A stretch of 64,000 bases of DNA from a bacterium (GCA_965199855.1 OZ241326.1:2279682-2343681), one strand, 5' to 3'; numbered from the stretch's first letter, positions 54,393 to 63,935 are shown. The notes: a model not told the origin generated them from the sequence alone. Numbers and translations: made by a program.

Positions 54393-54737
54393 ATGACGCG
54401 CCCCAAGGAAGCGGCGAGGACGCCCGCCTGGAAGATCAACGCCTGGCGCTCGATGTATCCGGGCATGTGGGCCTGGGCGCTGCAGAGGGTCTCCGCCCTC
54501 GCGCTCATCGTTCTTTTCCCGATTCACGTGATGAACCCCTACGTCGATTCGGTGCGAATCGCCATGCTGCTCCTGGTCGTCTGGCACGCCATGCACGGCG
54601 TCAAGGTGATTCTGACCGACTTCGGCTTTCCGGATCGGCACCAGAGAAAGCTCCTGTGGGTTCTGTCCGCCGCGGGCGCCGCCGCCTTCTTCTGGCTCGC
54701 CTTCGCGCACAGGGACTACTGGAGGTTCGCGGCGTGA
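54393..54737 (+). CDS. succinate dehydrogenase/fumarate reductase small membrane anchor (3 TM helices)
   Basis: 114 aa. Three hydrophobic helices, with His residues in FPIHVM and VVWHAMHGVKVIL as in SdhC/D-type haem-binding anchors. Located between the flavoprotein and Fe-S subunit genes. Confidence 0.6.
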   Translation: MTRPKEAARTPAWKINAWRSMYPGMWAWALQRVSALALIVLFPIHVMNPYVDSVRIAMLLLVVWHAMHGVKVILTDFGFPDRHQRKLLWVLSAAGAAAFFWLAFAHRDYWRFAA

Positions 54738-55522
54738 GCGCGGAGAAGGAAGAAAAGCGGACGGAGAAGCCGCGGACGGCGCGCGTTCTCGTCCGCAGGG
54801 GCGGGGCGGCGGGCGGCGCGGACGAGCGCGTGGACGCCTTCGAGGTCGCGGCCTCCCCGCGCATGACGGTGCTCGACGCGCTGGTCGCCATCCAGACCGG
54901 GCAGGACGCCACCCTCTCGTTCCGCTACTCCTGCCGGGTGGGCATGTGCGGCACCTGCGCCGTCAGCGTCAACGGCCGCCCCGCCTGGGCCTGCCGGACG
55001 CGGCTGGACGGCCTGGGCGGGGAGATCGCGCTGGCGCCCCTGCCGAACTTCCCGGCGCTGCGCGACCTGGCGGTCGATATGTCGCCGTTCTTCGACAAGA
55101 TGAAAAGGGCGCGCGGCTGGCTCGAGCCCACCGAGGAGGCGGCGAAGGCGCCCGCGAGGATTTCGCCGGGCGCGCGCGAGCGCAGGCGCATCGAGCCGCA
55201 CGTCGAGTGCATCACGTGCGGCGTGTGCTATGCTTCCTGCTCCATCGTGGAGCACGACGGCGGCTACCTGGGGCCCGCGGCGCTCAACCGCGCCTGGACG
55301 CTCGTGAACGACAGCCGCGACGCCCGGGGCGCGGGGAGGCTCCTGGAGGTCTGCGCGGAGGACGGCGCCTGGCGCTGCCATTCGCAATACAACTGCGCGG
55401 AGAGCTGCCCCAAGGGCATCAGCCCGACGGCCGCCATCAAGGGGCTGCAGCGCCGCGCCCTGTCGGGGGGCGTCCGGCGATTCGCCGCCTCCATTTTCCG
55501 CGGAAGCGCGCCCGGCGGATGA
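54734..55522 (+). CDS. sdhB: succinate dehydrogenase / fumarate reductase iron-sulfur subunit
   Basis: GTG 54734 overlaps the upstream stop (GTGA). 262 aa. CRVGMCGTCAVSVNGRPAWAC (2Fe-2S), CITCGVCYASC (4Fe-4S) and CHSQYNCAESCPKG (3Fe-4S). Confidence 0.85.
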   Translation: MSAEKEEKRTEKPRTARVLVRRGGAAGGADERVDAFEVAASPRMTVLDALVAIQTGQDATLSFRYSCRVGMCGTCAVSVNGRPAWACRTRLDGLGGEIALAPLPNFPALRDLAVDMSPFFDKMKRARGWLEPTEEAAKAPARISPGARERRRIEPHVECITCGVCYASCSIVEHDGGYLGPAALNRAWTLVNDSRDARGAGRLLEVCAEDGAWRCHSQYNCAESCPKGISPTAAIKGLQRRALSGGVRRFAASIFRGSAPGG

Positions 55523-55541
55523 GCGCGCGGAGGACATCGAC

Positions 55542-56492
55542 ATGCCGACCATGGAAGCGCGAGCCATCAGCAGCGAACTGATCAGGGAGGTGGCCTTCGA
55601 GCTCAACCGCCGCGCCGCCATCGGCATCCCGAAGGACGTGGGCGAGAGCATCGCCGACATGGCGGAGCGCGAGACCGAGAAGCTCTCGAAGTTCGTGCTC
55701 CTGGAAATCGTCAGCAACTACCAGGTCGCCGTGGAGGAGCAGCGCCCCATGTGCGCCGACACGGGGCTGCCGCGCTTCTACGCCAAGGTGGGAAACGAGG
55801 CGGCCGTCGAGGGCGGCTTCGTGGCGCTCGAGCGCGCGGTTCGCCGGGGAACGGCGGACGCCACCGAGCGCGTCCCCCTGCGCCCGAACCGCGTCCACCC
55901 CCTCAGCCGGCATGACTACAACAACAACGTGGGCATCCACGCCCCCACGGTGGACTACTCCTGGGAGCCGGACGCCGACTGGCTGGAGCTCACCAGCTTC
56001 CACAAGGGCGGCCTCTTCGGGGGAGACTACCGGATGCTCTTCCCCACCGACGGCATCGAGGGCGTCAAGCGCTTCTTCCTCGACGTGATCAGCGAGTTCT
56101 TCAAGCGCGGCCTCTCCTGCCAGCCGGCCATCGTGGGCGTGGGCATCGGCGGCACGAAGGACACCTGCGTGCGCCTCGCCAAGGAGGCGGCCTGCCTCCG
56201 CGTGGTGGGCGACAGGAACCCCGACCCCGAAATCGCCGCGCTCGAGGAGGAGCTGAACGAGCTCGGCCGCAGGACGAGCCTGGGCCCCATGGGCTTCAAG
56301 GGCGAGGGCGCGGTGATGGACACCCACGTCGAGGTGGCCTACACCCACACGGGCGGGATGCCCATCTCGATTCACCACCAGTGCTTCGCGCTGCGGCGCG
56401 CCACCGCGCGAATCCACCCGGACGGCCGGGTGGCGTACCGGGAAAACCCGGAATGGTTCACCGACTACTACCGCCGCGACACCGTGAGCTGA
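55542..56492 (+). CDS. Fe-S type hydro-lyase alpha subunit (class I fumarate hydratase / tartrate dehydratase, N-terminal-domain type)
   Basis: 316 aa. CADTGLPRFY, GVGIGGT and GMPISIHHQC motifs. Confidence 0.8.
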   Translation: MPTMEARAISSELIREVAFELNRRAAIGIPKDVGESIADMAERETEKLSKFVLLEIVSNYQVAVEEQRPMCADTGLPRFYAKVGNEAAVEGGFVALERAVRRGTADATERVPLRPNRVHPLSRHDYNNNVGIHAPTVDYSWEPDADWLELTSFHKGGLFGGDYRMLFPTDGIEGVKRFFLDVISEFFKRGLSCQPAIVGVGIGGTKDTCVRLAKEAACLRVVGDRNPDPEIAALEEELNELGRRTSLGPMGFKGEGAVMDTHVEVAYTHTGGMPISIHHQCFALRRATARIHPDGRVAYRENPEWFTDYYRRDTVS

Positions 56493-56514
56493 GCGGCGCG
56501 GGAGGCTTGGGAGG

Positions 56515-57198
56515 ATGAGCGGCACCTCGGACCTGGAGATGCGGGAGCACCGCCTCGCCGCGCCCGTCTCGCCGGAGGCGCTGGAGAATCTCCGGCTGGG
56601 CGACGTCGTCTATTTCGACGGAGTGGTGTTCACCGGCAGAATCGGCCTCTACAAGAAGCTGTTCGACGAGAAGGCGCCCCCGCCGGCGGACATCGCCTCG
56701 CTCACGAACGTGACCTTCCACTGCTCGCCCGCCGTGGGGCGCGATGCAGAGGGCGGCTGGAAGGTGGCCGCCGTCACGGCCACGGCGAGCTTTCGCTTCG
56801 AGAAGCACCTCCCCCTCCTCATGGACGAGCACGGGGTGCGCTGCGTCATCGGCAAGGGCGGCATGGCGCCCAAGGTGTACCAGGAGCACTTCCGGCGGCT
56901 GGGCGCCGTGTTCCTGAACACGGTGGGCTACGGCATCGGCGCCCAGTACGGCCGCGGCATCGTCGGCGTGCGGGACGTCCATTGGCTCGAGGAGCTGGGC
57001 ATCGCGCAGGCGATGTGGGTGTTCGAGGTGCGGAACTTCGGCCCCTTCCTCGTGGAGTGCGACGCCCGGGGCGAGAGCCTCTACCAGATGGCGCTCGCCG
57101 AGACGAACGCGGAGCTCGGCAAGCTCTACGAGGGGCTGCCCGCCCCGACCCTCAAGCGCCTGGGCGAGGTGCGCAATCCCGAAGACGAGGTTTTCTGA
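56515..57198 (+). CDS. Fe-S type hydro-lyase beta subunit (class I fumarate hydratase C-terminal-domain type)
   Basis: 227 aa. VYFDGVVFTGRIGLYKKL, VIGKGGM and VFEVRNFGPFLV motifs. Confidence 0.8.
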   Translation: MSGTSDLEMREHRLAAPVSPEALENLRLGDVVYFDGVVFTGRIGLYKKLFDEKAPPPADIASLTNVTFHCSPAVGRDAEGGWKVAAVTATASFRFEKHLPLLMDEHGVRCVIGKGGMAPKVYQEHFRRLGAVFLNTVGYGIGAQYGRGIVGVRDVHWLEELGIAQAMWVFEVRNFGPFLVECDARGESLYQMALAETNAELGKLYEGLPAPTLKRLGEVRNPEDEVF

Positions 57199-57247
57199 GC
57201 GGGCGGCGAGGAGCGCGGCGCCCGCCCGCTGACGAGAGGATGAGCCG

Positions 57248-58255
57248 TTGCCGAAGGGAATCGCCTGGGTCACCACGAGCTGGCTGAACGGCCTGGAGGA
57301 CCCGATGCGCCACTTCCGCCCCCTCGAAGCCGAGGCGGGCCTCGAGGTGCGGATCGACTCGAACGGCCTGGACAAGACCGAGGAGGAGGTCATCGCCGGC
57401 CTCCCCGGCGTGGTCGTCGCCTTTCCGAGCAACGACCCCTACAACGAGCGCACCCTGGCGGCGGGGACGGACTTGAGGCACGTAGCGAGGACGGGCGTGG
57501 GCTTCAACGCCGTGGACCTCGACGCCGCCGCGCGCCGCGGGGTGATCGTCACCAACGCGCCGGGGCAGAATGCGGACTCCGTCGCGGAGCACGCCCTGGG
57601 CCTCATGCTCTGCGCCGCGCGCCGAATCGCCGAGAGCGACAGGAGGATGCGCGCGGGCGAATGGGCGGCGCTGCGGGTTCCCATCGCGCCGCTTCGGGGC
57701 AAAACGCTGGGCGTCATCGGGCTGGGCAACATCGGCAAGCGCGTGGCGAGGCGCGCCGCGGCCTTCGGGATGAAGATCATCGCCCACGACGTCGCGCGGG
57801 ACGAGCGATTCGCCGCCGAGACGGGCGTCTTCTTCAAGGAGCGCGAGGAGGTGGCGCGAAGCGCAGACTTCATCACCTGCCACGTCCCCCTGAACGAGGA
57901 GACGCGCGGCATGGTGGACGAGGCGTTCCTGCGCGCCATGAAGCCCGGCGCCTACCTCGTCAACACCTCGCGCGGCCCGGTGGTCGATCTGGACGCCCTG
58001 GCCCTCGCCCTGGAGCGGGGACGCATCCGGGGCGCCGCCCTCGACGTCTTCCCGAACGAGCCGGCGGACAGCCGCCACCGCGTATTCTCGCTCGACAGCG
58101 TCGTGCTCACCCCGCACGTAGCGGGCCTCGGCGAGGACGCCTGCGAGCAGTCGCTGGAGTTCGCCGTCGCCGCCGCCCTCGACGTCATCGCCCGAAGGCG
58201 TCCGGCCGGCCTCCTGAACCCCGAGGCGCTGGAAAAGGCCGGCATCCGGGACTAG
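57248..58255 (+). CDS. D-isomer-specific 2-hydroxyacid dehydrogenase family protein
   Basis: TTG start; 335 aa. GVGFNAVDLDAAARRGVIVTNAPG, GVIGLGNIGKRVARRA, TSRG and TPHVAG motifs. Confidence 0.8.
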   Translation: MPKGIAWVTTSWLNGLEDPMRHFRPLEAEAGLEVRIDSNGLDKTEEEVIAGLPGVVVAFPSNDPYNERTLAAGTDLRHVARTGVGFNAVDLDAAARRGVIVTNAPGQNADSVAEHALGLMLCAARRIAESDRRMRAGEWAALRVPIAPLRGKTLGVIGLGNIGKRVARRAAAFGMKIIAHDVARDERFAAETGVFFKEREEVARSADFITCHVPLNEETRGMVDEAFLRAMKPGAYLVNTSRGPVVDLDALALALERGRIRGAALDVFPNEPADSRHRVFSLDSVVLTPHVAGLGEDACEQSLEFAVAAALDVIARRRPAGLLNPEALEKAGIRD

Positions 58256-58336
58256 GGAGAAGGAGAAGCTCTCGTTCCGCTCGCCGGGCCGCCGCGCCCC
58301 GCGGGCGTCAAACGCGCCGCCGTCAGAGATCGATTC

Positions 58337-59725
58337 ATGCGAAAAGCCAGCAAGCCGCGCGCGCTCCTCGCCGCCGCCCTTCTCCTTCTGCTCGCCGCCC
58401 CCGCGCCGGCGGCCGGGGCGCAGAAGGAGGCCGCCCCGCCGCGCGTTCCCTGGAACGTGACCGAGCACCGGATGAAGAACGGGATGCGCGCCCTGCTCCT
58501 GCCGGACGCGAGCGCGCCTCTGGTGGTCTTCATGGTCTGGTACGCGGTCGGCAGCCGAGACGAGCGGCCCGGACTCACCGGCATGGCGCACTTTCTCGAG
58601 CACATGATGTTTCGCGGCACCCGGAAGCACCCCGGCAAGACGTTCAGCAATCTCATCAAGAAGAACGGCGGCGTGGACAACGCCTTCACGAGCTTCGACT
58701 ACACCGCCTACTACGAGCGCATCGCCTCGGACAGGCTCGGGCTCGCCGCCGCCCTCGAAGCCGACCGCATGGTGAACATGACGCTCGACAAGACGGCGTT
58801 CGACGCGGAGAAGAACGTGGTGCACGAGGAGAGGCGCACCCGAACCGACAGGCCGACGGGCAGGTTCTGGGAGCAGCTGCGCGCCGTCGCCTACACGAGC
58901 CATCCCTACCGGAACCCCATCATCGGCTGGCCGGAGGATCTGGCGGCCATCACCATCCGGGACATGGAGGCGTTCTACAGGCGCTACTACAGCCCCGAGA
59001 ACGCCACCGCCGTCGTCGTGGGCGACTTCGAGGTCGGGGAGGCCGCCGCGCTCCTCGAAAAGCATTTCGGCAAGATTCCCAAGTCCCCCGCCTTCAGGAA
59101 GCGGCCCGCGCTCTTCGAGTTCGACCAGAAGTCCGAGCGCAGGGCCTACGTCCGCGCGGAGGCGCAGCTCCCCTTCGTGGCGATCGGCTACCACGCCCCC
59201 AACTGGAAGAGCGAGGACGCCCCCGCCCTCGTCATGCTCGAAGCCGTCCTCGGCGGGGGAGAAACCTCGCGCTTTCACCAGCGGCTGGTTCGGAAGGACG
59301 CCATCGCCCTGGGCGCGGGCGCGGACTACACCTACCTCTCGGTGGACCCGATGCTCTTCTACCTCTACGGGAGGCCCGCCCCCGGCAAGACGGCGGACGA
59401 GGTGGAGAAGGCCCTCCTCGATGAGACGCGGAAGCTCATCGAGAAGGGCGTGGAGGAGGAGGAGCTCCGCCGCGCGCTCAGGAACGTAGAGGCGAACACG
59501 GTCTTCTCCATGGATTCGCACTACTACCGCGCGATGCTCCTCGGCCGGGCGGCGGTGGCGGGCGACTGGCGGCTGCTGAAGGGCTATCTGCCCGCCCTCC
59601 GGAAGGTGCGGCCCGCCGACGTGGCGCGCGTCGCCGGGAAATATCTGAACCACGGCAGAAAGACCACCGCCGCCCTCATCCCGCTCAAGAAGAGCGGGCG
59701 AAGCGGCGGAGGGCGCAGGCCATGA
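58337..59725 (+). CDS. M16-family zinc peptidase (active HxxEH subunit), secreted
   Basis: 462 aa. Signal peptide ALLAAALLLLLAAPAPAAGA and zinc motif HFLEHMMFRGT. Confidence 0.85.
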   Translation: MRKASKPRALLAAALLLLLAAPAPAAGAQKEAAPPRVPWNVTEHRMKNGMRALLLPDASAPLVVFMVWYAVGSRDERPGLTGMAHFLEHMMFRGTRKHPGKTFSNLIKKNGGVDNAFTSFDYTAYYERIASDRLGLAAALEADRMVNMTLDKTAFDAEKNVVHEERRTRTDRPTGRFWEQLRAVAYTSHPYRNPIIGWPEDLAAITIRDMEAFYRRYYSPENATAVVVGDFEVGEAAALLEKHFGKIPKSPAFRKRPALFEFDQKSERRAYVRAEAQLPFVAIGYHAPNWKSEDAPALVMLEAVLGGGETSRFHQRLVRKDAIALGAGADYTYLSVDPMLFYLYGRPAPGKTADEVEKALLDETRKLIEKGVEEEELRRALRNVEANTVFSMDSHYYRAMLLGRAAVAGDWRLLKGYLPALRKVRPADVARVAGKYLNHGRKTTAALIPLKKSGRSGGGRRP

Positions 59726-61056
59726 GGACGCGCCGCGTTTTCCGCGCGCTGCTCGCCTGGGCGCTCCTCCTGCCGTCCTCCTTCGCCGGCGCGGCCGTCC
59801 TCGCCTACGAGCGCGAGGAGCTGCCGGGCGGCGCCGTCCTGCTGGTCAAGGAGAACAGGCAGCTGCCGATGGTTCGCGTCGTCGTCTCGATTCCGGCGGG
59901 GGCGCGCCGCGAGGCGCCCGCGCGGGCGGGCCTAGCGAACCTCACCGCCGCCCTGCTCACCCGGGGGACGAAGACGCGAAGCGCGGCGGACGTCGAGAAG
60001 ACGAACGACGCCCTGGGCGGCGGCGTGAGCGTCGAGGCCGGGCGCGAGCGCGCGACGGCCTCCCTGCGCGCGCTCACGCGGGACGTGGAGGAGGGCCTCT
60101 CCCTGCTGGGCGACGCGCTCAGAAGCCCCGCTTTTCCGGCCGAGGAGATCGAGAAGACGAAGCGGCGCGTCCTGGGCATGCTTCGCCAGCGGCGCGAGCG
60201 GCCCCGCCGCCTCGCGGACAGGGCGTTCAGGGAGCGGCTCTACGGCGAGACGCCCGAGGGCCGCATGGTGGAGGGAACGGAGGAGTCGATCGCGAAGCTG
60301 CGCAGGGAGGACGTCGTCCGCTTCCACGAGAAGTGGTACGGCCTCGAGGGGACGGTATTCGTCTTCGTGGGCGACGTCTCCCTCGCGCGGGCGCGCGCCC
60401 TCGTTCTCGCCCGTTTCAGGGGCTGGCGGGCGCGCGGCGGGAAAATCCCCGCGGTGAAGCCGCCCGCCCCTCCGCGCGGGATGGAGGTCGTCAGGATCGA
60501 CCGCCCCCTCTCCCAGTCCACGGTGATTCTGGGCAACCGCGCGCTCAAGAGGACGCACCCCGACTTCTACGCCGCGCGCGTGATGAACTACATCCTGGGC
60601 GGGGACGGCACCACCAGCAGAATCTCGGCGAACCTCCGGGGGGAGAAGGGACTCGTCTATGCCGTCTACAGCTACTTCGCCTCGCGCAGGCGCGCGGGCC
60701 ACTGGCGGCTCACGCTGAAGACGAAGAACAGGAGCGCGAACGAGGCCATCCGCGAGTCGCTCGGGGAGGTGAGGCGCCTCCAGGAGGCCGGGGTGAGCGG
60801 CGCCGAGCTTCAGGACGCCAAGGACTTCATCACCGGAAACTTCGCCACGCGCTTCGGCTCCTCGAGCCGCGTTGCGAACTACATTCTCGCGGTGGAGCTC
60901 CTCGGCTTCTCCCCCGGCTACGCGGACGAATACGTGAAAAAAATCCGCGCCGTGACGAAGGCGCAGGTCGTGGAGGCGGCGCGAAAGCACATCAGGCTGG
61001 ATGAATCCGCCCTCGTGGTGGTGGGAAACCTGGGCGAGGCGAACCTGTCCTATTGA
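59722..61056 (+). CDS. M16-family peptidase, non-catalytic partner (no HxxEH)
   Basis: ATGA overlap with the upstream gene. 444 aa. Signal peptide. AGLANLTAALLTRGT occupies the position of the zinc motif. Confidence 0.8.
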   Translation: MRTRRVFRALLAWALLLPSSFAGAAVLAYEREELPGGAVLLVKENRQLPMVRVVVSIPAGARREAPARAGLANLTAALLTRGTKTRSAADVEKTNDALGGGVSVEAGRERATASLRALTRDVEEGLSLLGDALRSPAFPAEEIEKTKRRVLGMLRQRRERPRRLADRAFRERLYGETPEGRMVEGTEESIAKLRREDVVRFHEKWYGLEGTVFVFVGDVSLARARALVLARFRGWRARGGKIPAVKPPAPPRGMEVVRIDRPLSQSTVILGNRALKRTHPDFYAARVMNYILGGDGTTSRISANLRGEKGLVYAVYSYFASRRRAGHWRLTLKTKNRSANEAIRESLGEVRRLQEAGVSGAELQDAKDFITGNFATRFGSSSRVANYILAVELLGFSPGYADEYVKKIRAVTKAQVVEAARKHIRLDESALVVVGNLGEANLSY

Positions 61057-61128
61057 CGCGCGCGAAAGCCCCCCGCGGGAGCGGCGCGGGGGCCGCCTTT
61101 TCGCCGCGCGCCCCGGGGAGGGAAAGCG

Positions 61129-61524
61129 ATGAGGCGCGAGACGCTCAAGCCCAAGGGGCTCGCCGTCCCTGCCGGGCATTTCTCGCACGGGGTGATCGTC
61201 GAGGGCGGCCGGACGCTCTACGTGGCGGGCCAGACGCCCCTGGACGAGGCGGGAAGCCTCGTCTGCCCGGACGACCCCGAAGGGCAGGCGCGCCAGTGCT
61301 TCCGGAACGTCGAGAAGGTCGCGGCGGCGGCGGGCGGGCGCATGGAGGACGCGGCGAAGATTCAGGTCTTCGCGACGAGCCTCGCCTACAGGGGCGCCGT
61401 CGGCAGGGCGCGGGCCGAATTCTTCCCCGACGACCCGCCCGCCAGCACCTTTCTCGTGGTGTCGAGCCTGGCGGAGCCCGGCTTTCTGGTCGAGGTGGAA
61501 GCCGTCATCCCCCTGCCCGGGTGA
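61129..61524 (+). CDS. ridA: RidA/YjgF-family protein
   Basis: 131 aa. GHFSHGVIVEGGRTLYVAGQTPLD and VEVEAV C-terminus. Confidence 0.85.
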   Translation: MRRETLKPKGLAVPAGHFSHGVIVEGGRTLYVAGQTPLDEAGSLVCPDDPEGQARQCFRNVEKVAAAAGGRMEDAAKIQVFATSLAYRGAVGRARAEFFPDDPPASTFLVVSSLAEPGFLVEVEAVIPLPG

Positions 61525-61529
61525 GGGCG

Positions 61530-62222
61530 ATGAGCGGGAGGCGCGCCCTGCGCTGGGCGCTCGCCGCGGGCTGGCTGGCGGCCATCCACCTCCAGACGGC
61601 CTCGGGCGCGCTCGCGCCTTCCGCTCCCCTTCCTCCGGGGGTGGACAAAATCATCCACCTTTGCCAGTTTGGGCTTCTCGCCTGGCTCCTCTGGCGGCCA
61701 TGGCGGGAGACGTTCGCCGACTGGCCCGCGGGAAAAACCGCGGTCTTCATCTTCCTCCTCACCGCCCTGAACGGCGCGGCGGACGAGCTGCACCAGCTTT
61801 TTCTGCCCCATCGCGCCGCCGAGTGGGGAGACGCGGCGGCGGACGCCGCGGGCGGAGGAGGCGCCCTCCTCTGGCGCCTGCGCCGCGAGAAGGCGCGCCC
61901 CGGCGCGGCGGCGCCGCAGGAGAGCCATCGTGGACGACGCAAGGGAAGCCCTCGCCCGGGACATGAAGGACGCCATGCGCGCGAAGCAGGCGCTCCGGCT
62001 CTCCACGATCCGGATGGCGCGCGCCGAGATTCTGAACAGGGACAAGGAGAGCGGCGAGGAGGCGCCGCCGGAGGAGATTCTCAAGCTGCTCCAAAGTATG
62101 ATAAAGAAGCGGGAGGAGGCCGCCGGCCAATACGAGGCGGGCGGACGCGAGGACATGGCCCGCCGGGAGCGCGAGGAGATTCAGATTCTCCGGGGCTATC
62201 TCCCCGCGCAGATGGGCGATGA
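61530..62222 (+). CDS. VanZ-family membrane protein; 3' end uncertain
   Basis: ATG 61530. VDKIIHLCQFGLLAWLL and NGAADELHQLFLPHRAAEWGD are VanZ motifs. After about residue 125 the translation is Arg/Gly-rich and overlaps yqeY in another frame up to the first stop at 62222. Confidence 0.6.
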   Translation: MSGRRALRWALAAGWLAAIHLQTASGALAPSAPLPPGVDKIIHLCQFGLLAWLLWRPWRETFADWPAGKTAVFIFLLTALNGAADELHQLFLPHRAAEWGDAAADAAGGGGALLWRLRREKARPGAAAPQESHRGRRKGSPRPGHEGRHAREAGAPALHDPDGARRDSEQGQGERRGGAAGGDSQAAPKYDKEAGGGRRPIRGGRTRGHGPPGARGDSDSPGLSPRADGR

Positions 62223-62379
62223 GGAAATTCAGGCCGCCGCCCGCGCGGTCATCGAGGAGACGGGAGCCTCCTCGATGAAGGACATGGGGAAGGTGATGGG
62301 AATCCTGACCCGCCGACTGGCCGGGCGCGCCGCGGGCGCCCGCGTCTCCGCGGCCGTCCGCAAGCTCCTGGGCGCGTGA
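61930..62379 (+). CDS. yqeY: GatB/YqeY-domain protein
   Basis: GTG start; 149 aa. LARDMKDAMRAKQALRLSTIRMARAEI, EEIQILRGYLP and MKDMGKVMG motifs. Confidence 0.8.
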   Translation: MDDAREALARDMKDAMRAKQALRLSTIRMARAEILNRDKESGEEAPPEEILKLLQSMIKKREEAAGQYEAGGREDMARREREEIQILRGYLPAQMGDEEIQAAARAVIEETGASSMKDMGKVMGILTRRLAGRAAGARVSAAVRKLLGA

Positions 62380-62395
62380 GGGAGGGCATATCCCG

Positions 62396-62794
62396 ATGAG
62401 CAGACGGCCGGCCTATCGCGTGGAGGACGTCGCCGCGGCCTACCAGTGCGAGCCCGAGCAGGAGGAGATCATCTCGGCGCTCGCCGAGCGCGACTACCGC
62501 GTCTTCGAGGTCGAGCAGCCCGCCGGCGCCTTCGTGCCCTATCACGCGCACAGAGAGGAGGAGGCCGTCATTGTCGTCGAGGGGCGGATGCAGTTCAACG
62601 TGGAGGAGGAGCTCGTCCTCGTCCAAAGCGGCGAGGTCATCACCATCCGCGAGGAGGCGATTCACAGCGCCGCCCAGGTGGGCGAGGAGAAGGCCAGGCT
62701 CCTGCTCGCCTTCCCGAACGACGCGGGCGACCCGCCGGCCATCGACCTCGACTGGGAGGGCGACGAGGGGGATGACGACGTCGGCTACGCCTGA
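62396..62794 (+). CDS. cupin-domain protein
   Basis: 132 aa. PYHAHREEEAVIVVEGRM...GEVITIREEAIHSA matches the two cupin motifs. Confidence 0.7.
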   Translation: MSRRPAYRVEDVAAAYQCEPEQEEIISALAERDYRVFEVEQPAGAFVPYHAHREEEAVIVVEGRMQFNVEEELVLVQSGEVITIREEAIHSAAQVGEEKARLLLAFPNDAGDPPAIDLDWEGDEGDDDVGYA

Positions 62795-63239
62795 GCTCCT
62801 CTACTTCGCCTACGGAGCGAACCTGAACGCCGCCCACATGAAAATCCTCTGCCCCCGAAGCGTCCCCGCGGGCCCCGCGCGTCTGGAGAATCACCGCCTC
62901 GCCATCGCCCTGCCCGCCGCGGCGCCCCGAAGCGCCCCCGGCTGGGCGACCGTGACGCCCGAGGCGGGCGCGCGCGTCCCGGGCGCGCTCTTTCGCCTCC
63001 ATCCCGACGACCTGCCCGTCCTGGATCGCTTCGAGGATTTCCCCACGCTCTACGGGCGCGAAACCCTGGAGGTCGCGGCGGGAGAGGGCGCGGCGCAAGC
63101 CATGCTCTACGTCATGCGGGGGCGCCTGCGGGCGGCGCGCCCGACGGCGCGATACGTGGAGCTGATCCGGGAGGGATACGAGGATTTCGGCCTGCCCCCC
63201 GCCGCGCTGGACGCCGCGCTGGCGGAGGTTCGCTTCTGA
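62772..63239 (+). CDS. gamma-glutamylcyclotransferase (AIG2/GGCT-like) family protein
   Basis: In-frame ATG 62772; 155 aa. LLYFAYGANL N-terminal motif and ALFRLHPDDLPVLDRFE. Confidence 0.7.
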   Translation: MTTSATPELLYFAYGANLNAAHMKILCPRSVPAGPARLENHRLAIALPAAAPRSAPGWATVTPEAGARVPGALFRLHPDDLPVLDRFEDFPTLYGRETLEVAAGEGAAQAMLYVMRGRLRAARPTARYVELIREGYEDFGLPPAALDAALAEVRF

Positions 63240-63252
63240 GGAGTGATAGTTC

Positions 63253-63935
63253 ATGGTGGCGAGACGCAAAAAGTACGATCCGGCGGATCCCGAAGCGGTG
63301 GCCGCAAGAAATCGCGTTCACACGATCATTGATTCCATTGGGTCGGAAGATATTGTGGCGACCATCAAAAAGGCCCCCAGTTTACGCGGCATGTTCATGG
63401 GATACGTAGCAGAGGAAATGTTCGAGAAATACGTCCTCCGAAACTATGAGTTCATTCAATCGGAGGATATTGAAACGCATGACGATCACGATCGACGCCT
63501 CAACAAATCAGATCGAACCATTCGCTTCCGGGGCCGGTTCTATTCCGTTCAGTTGAAATCCGTCCAAACGAACAGCATCAAGCGCAACCTGGAAACCGGC
63601 CTTTTGCAGGCCGACGTTCAAAATGATGCGTCAGACGCGAGAACCGTTCATTTGCCAAACGGAAGCAGCCTCATCACCACCTGCTATGTAAAAGGGGAAT
63701 ACGATGTTCTGGCGGTACCGATGTTCCCGTTCACCGGTTCCTGGAATTACGCCTACAAGCGAAACGTTGACTGCCGAAAAACCAAAAGCAAAAATACGGC
63801 CCGGAGGACGCGCAATACCTTCTGGCGACGACCGAAGCAATCACTTGGCCGCTCACGAATGACTGGCGAATGGACTTGTTCGACCTGCTCGACGATCAGA
63901 TAGGCTCGCGTAGCCAATCCGCGAAATTGGAATAG
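63253..63935 (+). pseudogene. restriction-endonuclease-like (possible PD-(D/E)xK) hypothetical gene, interrupted by a 1-nt frameshift in an A5 run
   Basis: Frame 1 (63253-63903) is protein-like up to ...NYAYKRNVDCRK, then becomes basic junk (TKSKNTARRTRNTFWRRPKQ). The +2 frame opens right after a TGA at 63768-63770 and reads NQKQKYGPEDAQYLLATTEAITWPLTNDWRMDLFDLLDDQ... to TAG 63933-63935. One extra A in the run 63777-63781 joins them. Possible nuclease core KSD...YSVQLKS. Low GC (24/60 at 63421-63480). The function call is weak. Confidence 0.5.

Noticed and set aside
51696-54710. 1004-aa minus-strand ORF opposite the methyltransferase and sdhA; likewise 57152-59653 (-, 833 aa), 37198-39342 (-, 714 aa), 47668-49383 (-, 571 aa)
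   Set aside because: All are antisense to genes with strong family motifs, and their translations are Arg/Gly/Pro/Glu-rich junk.
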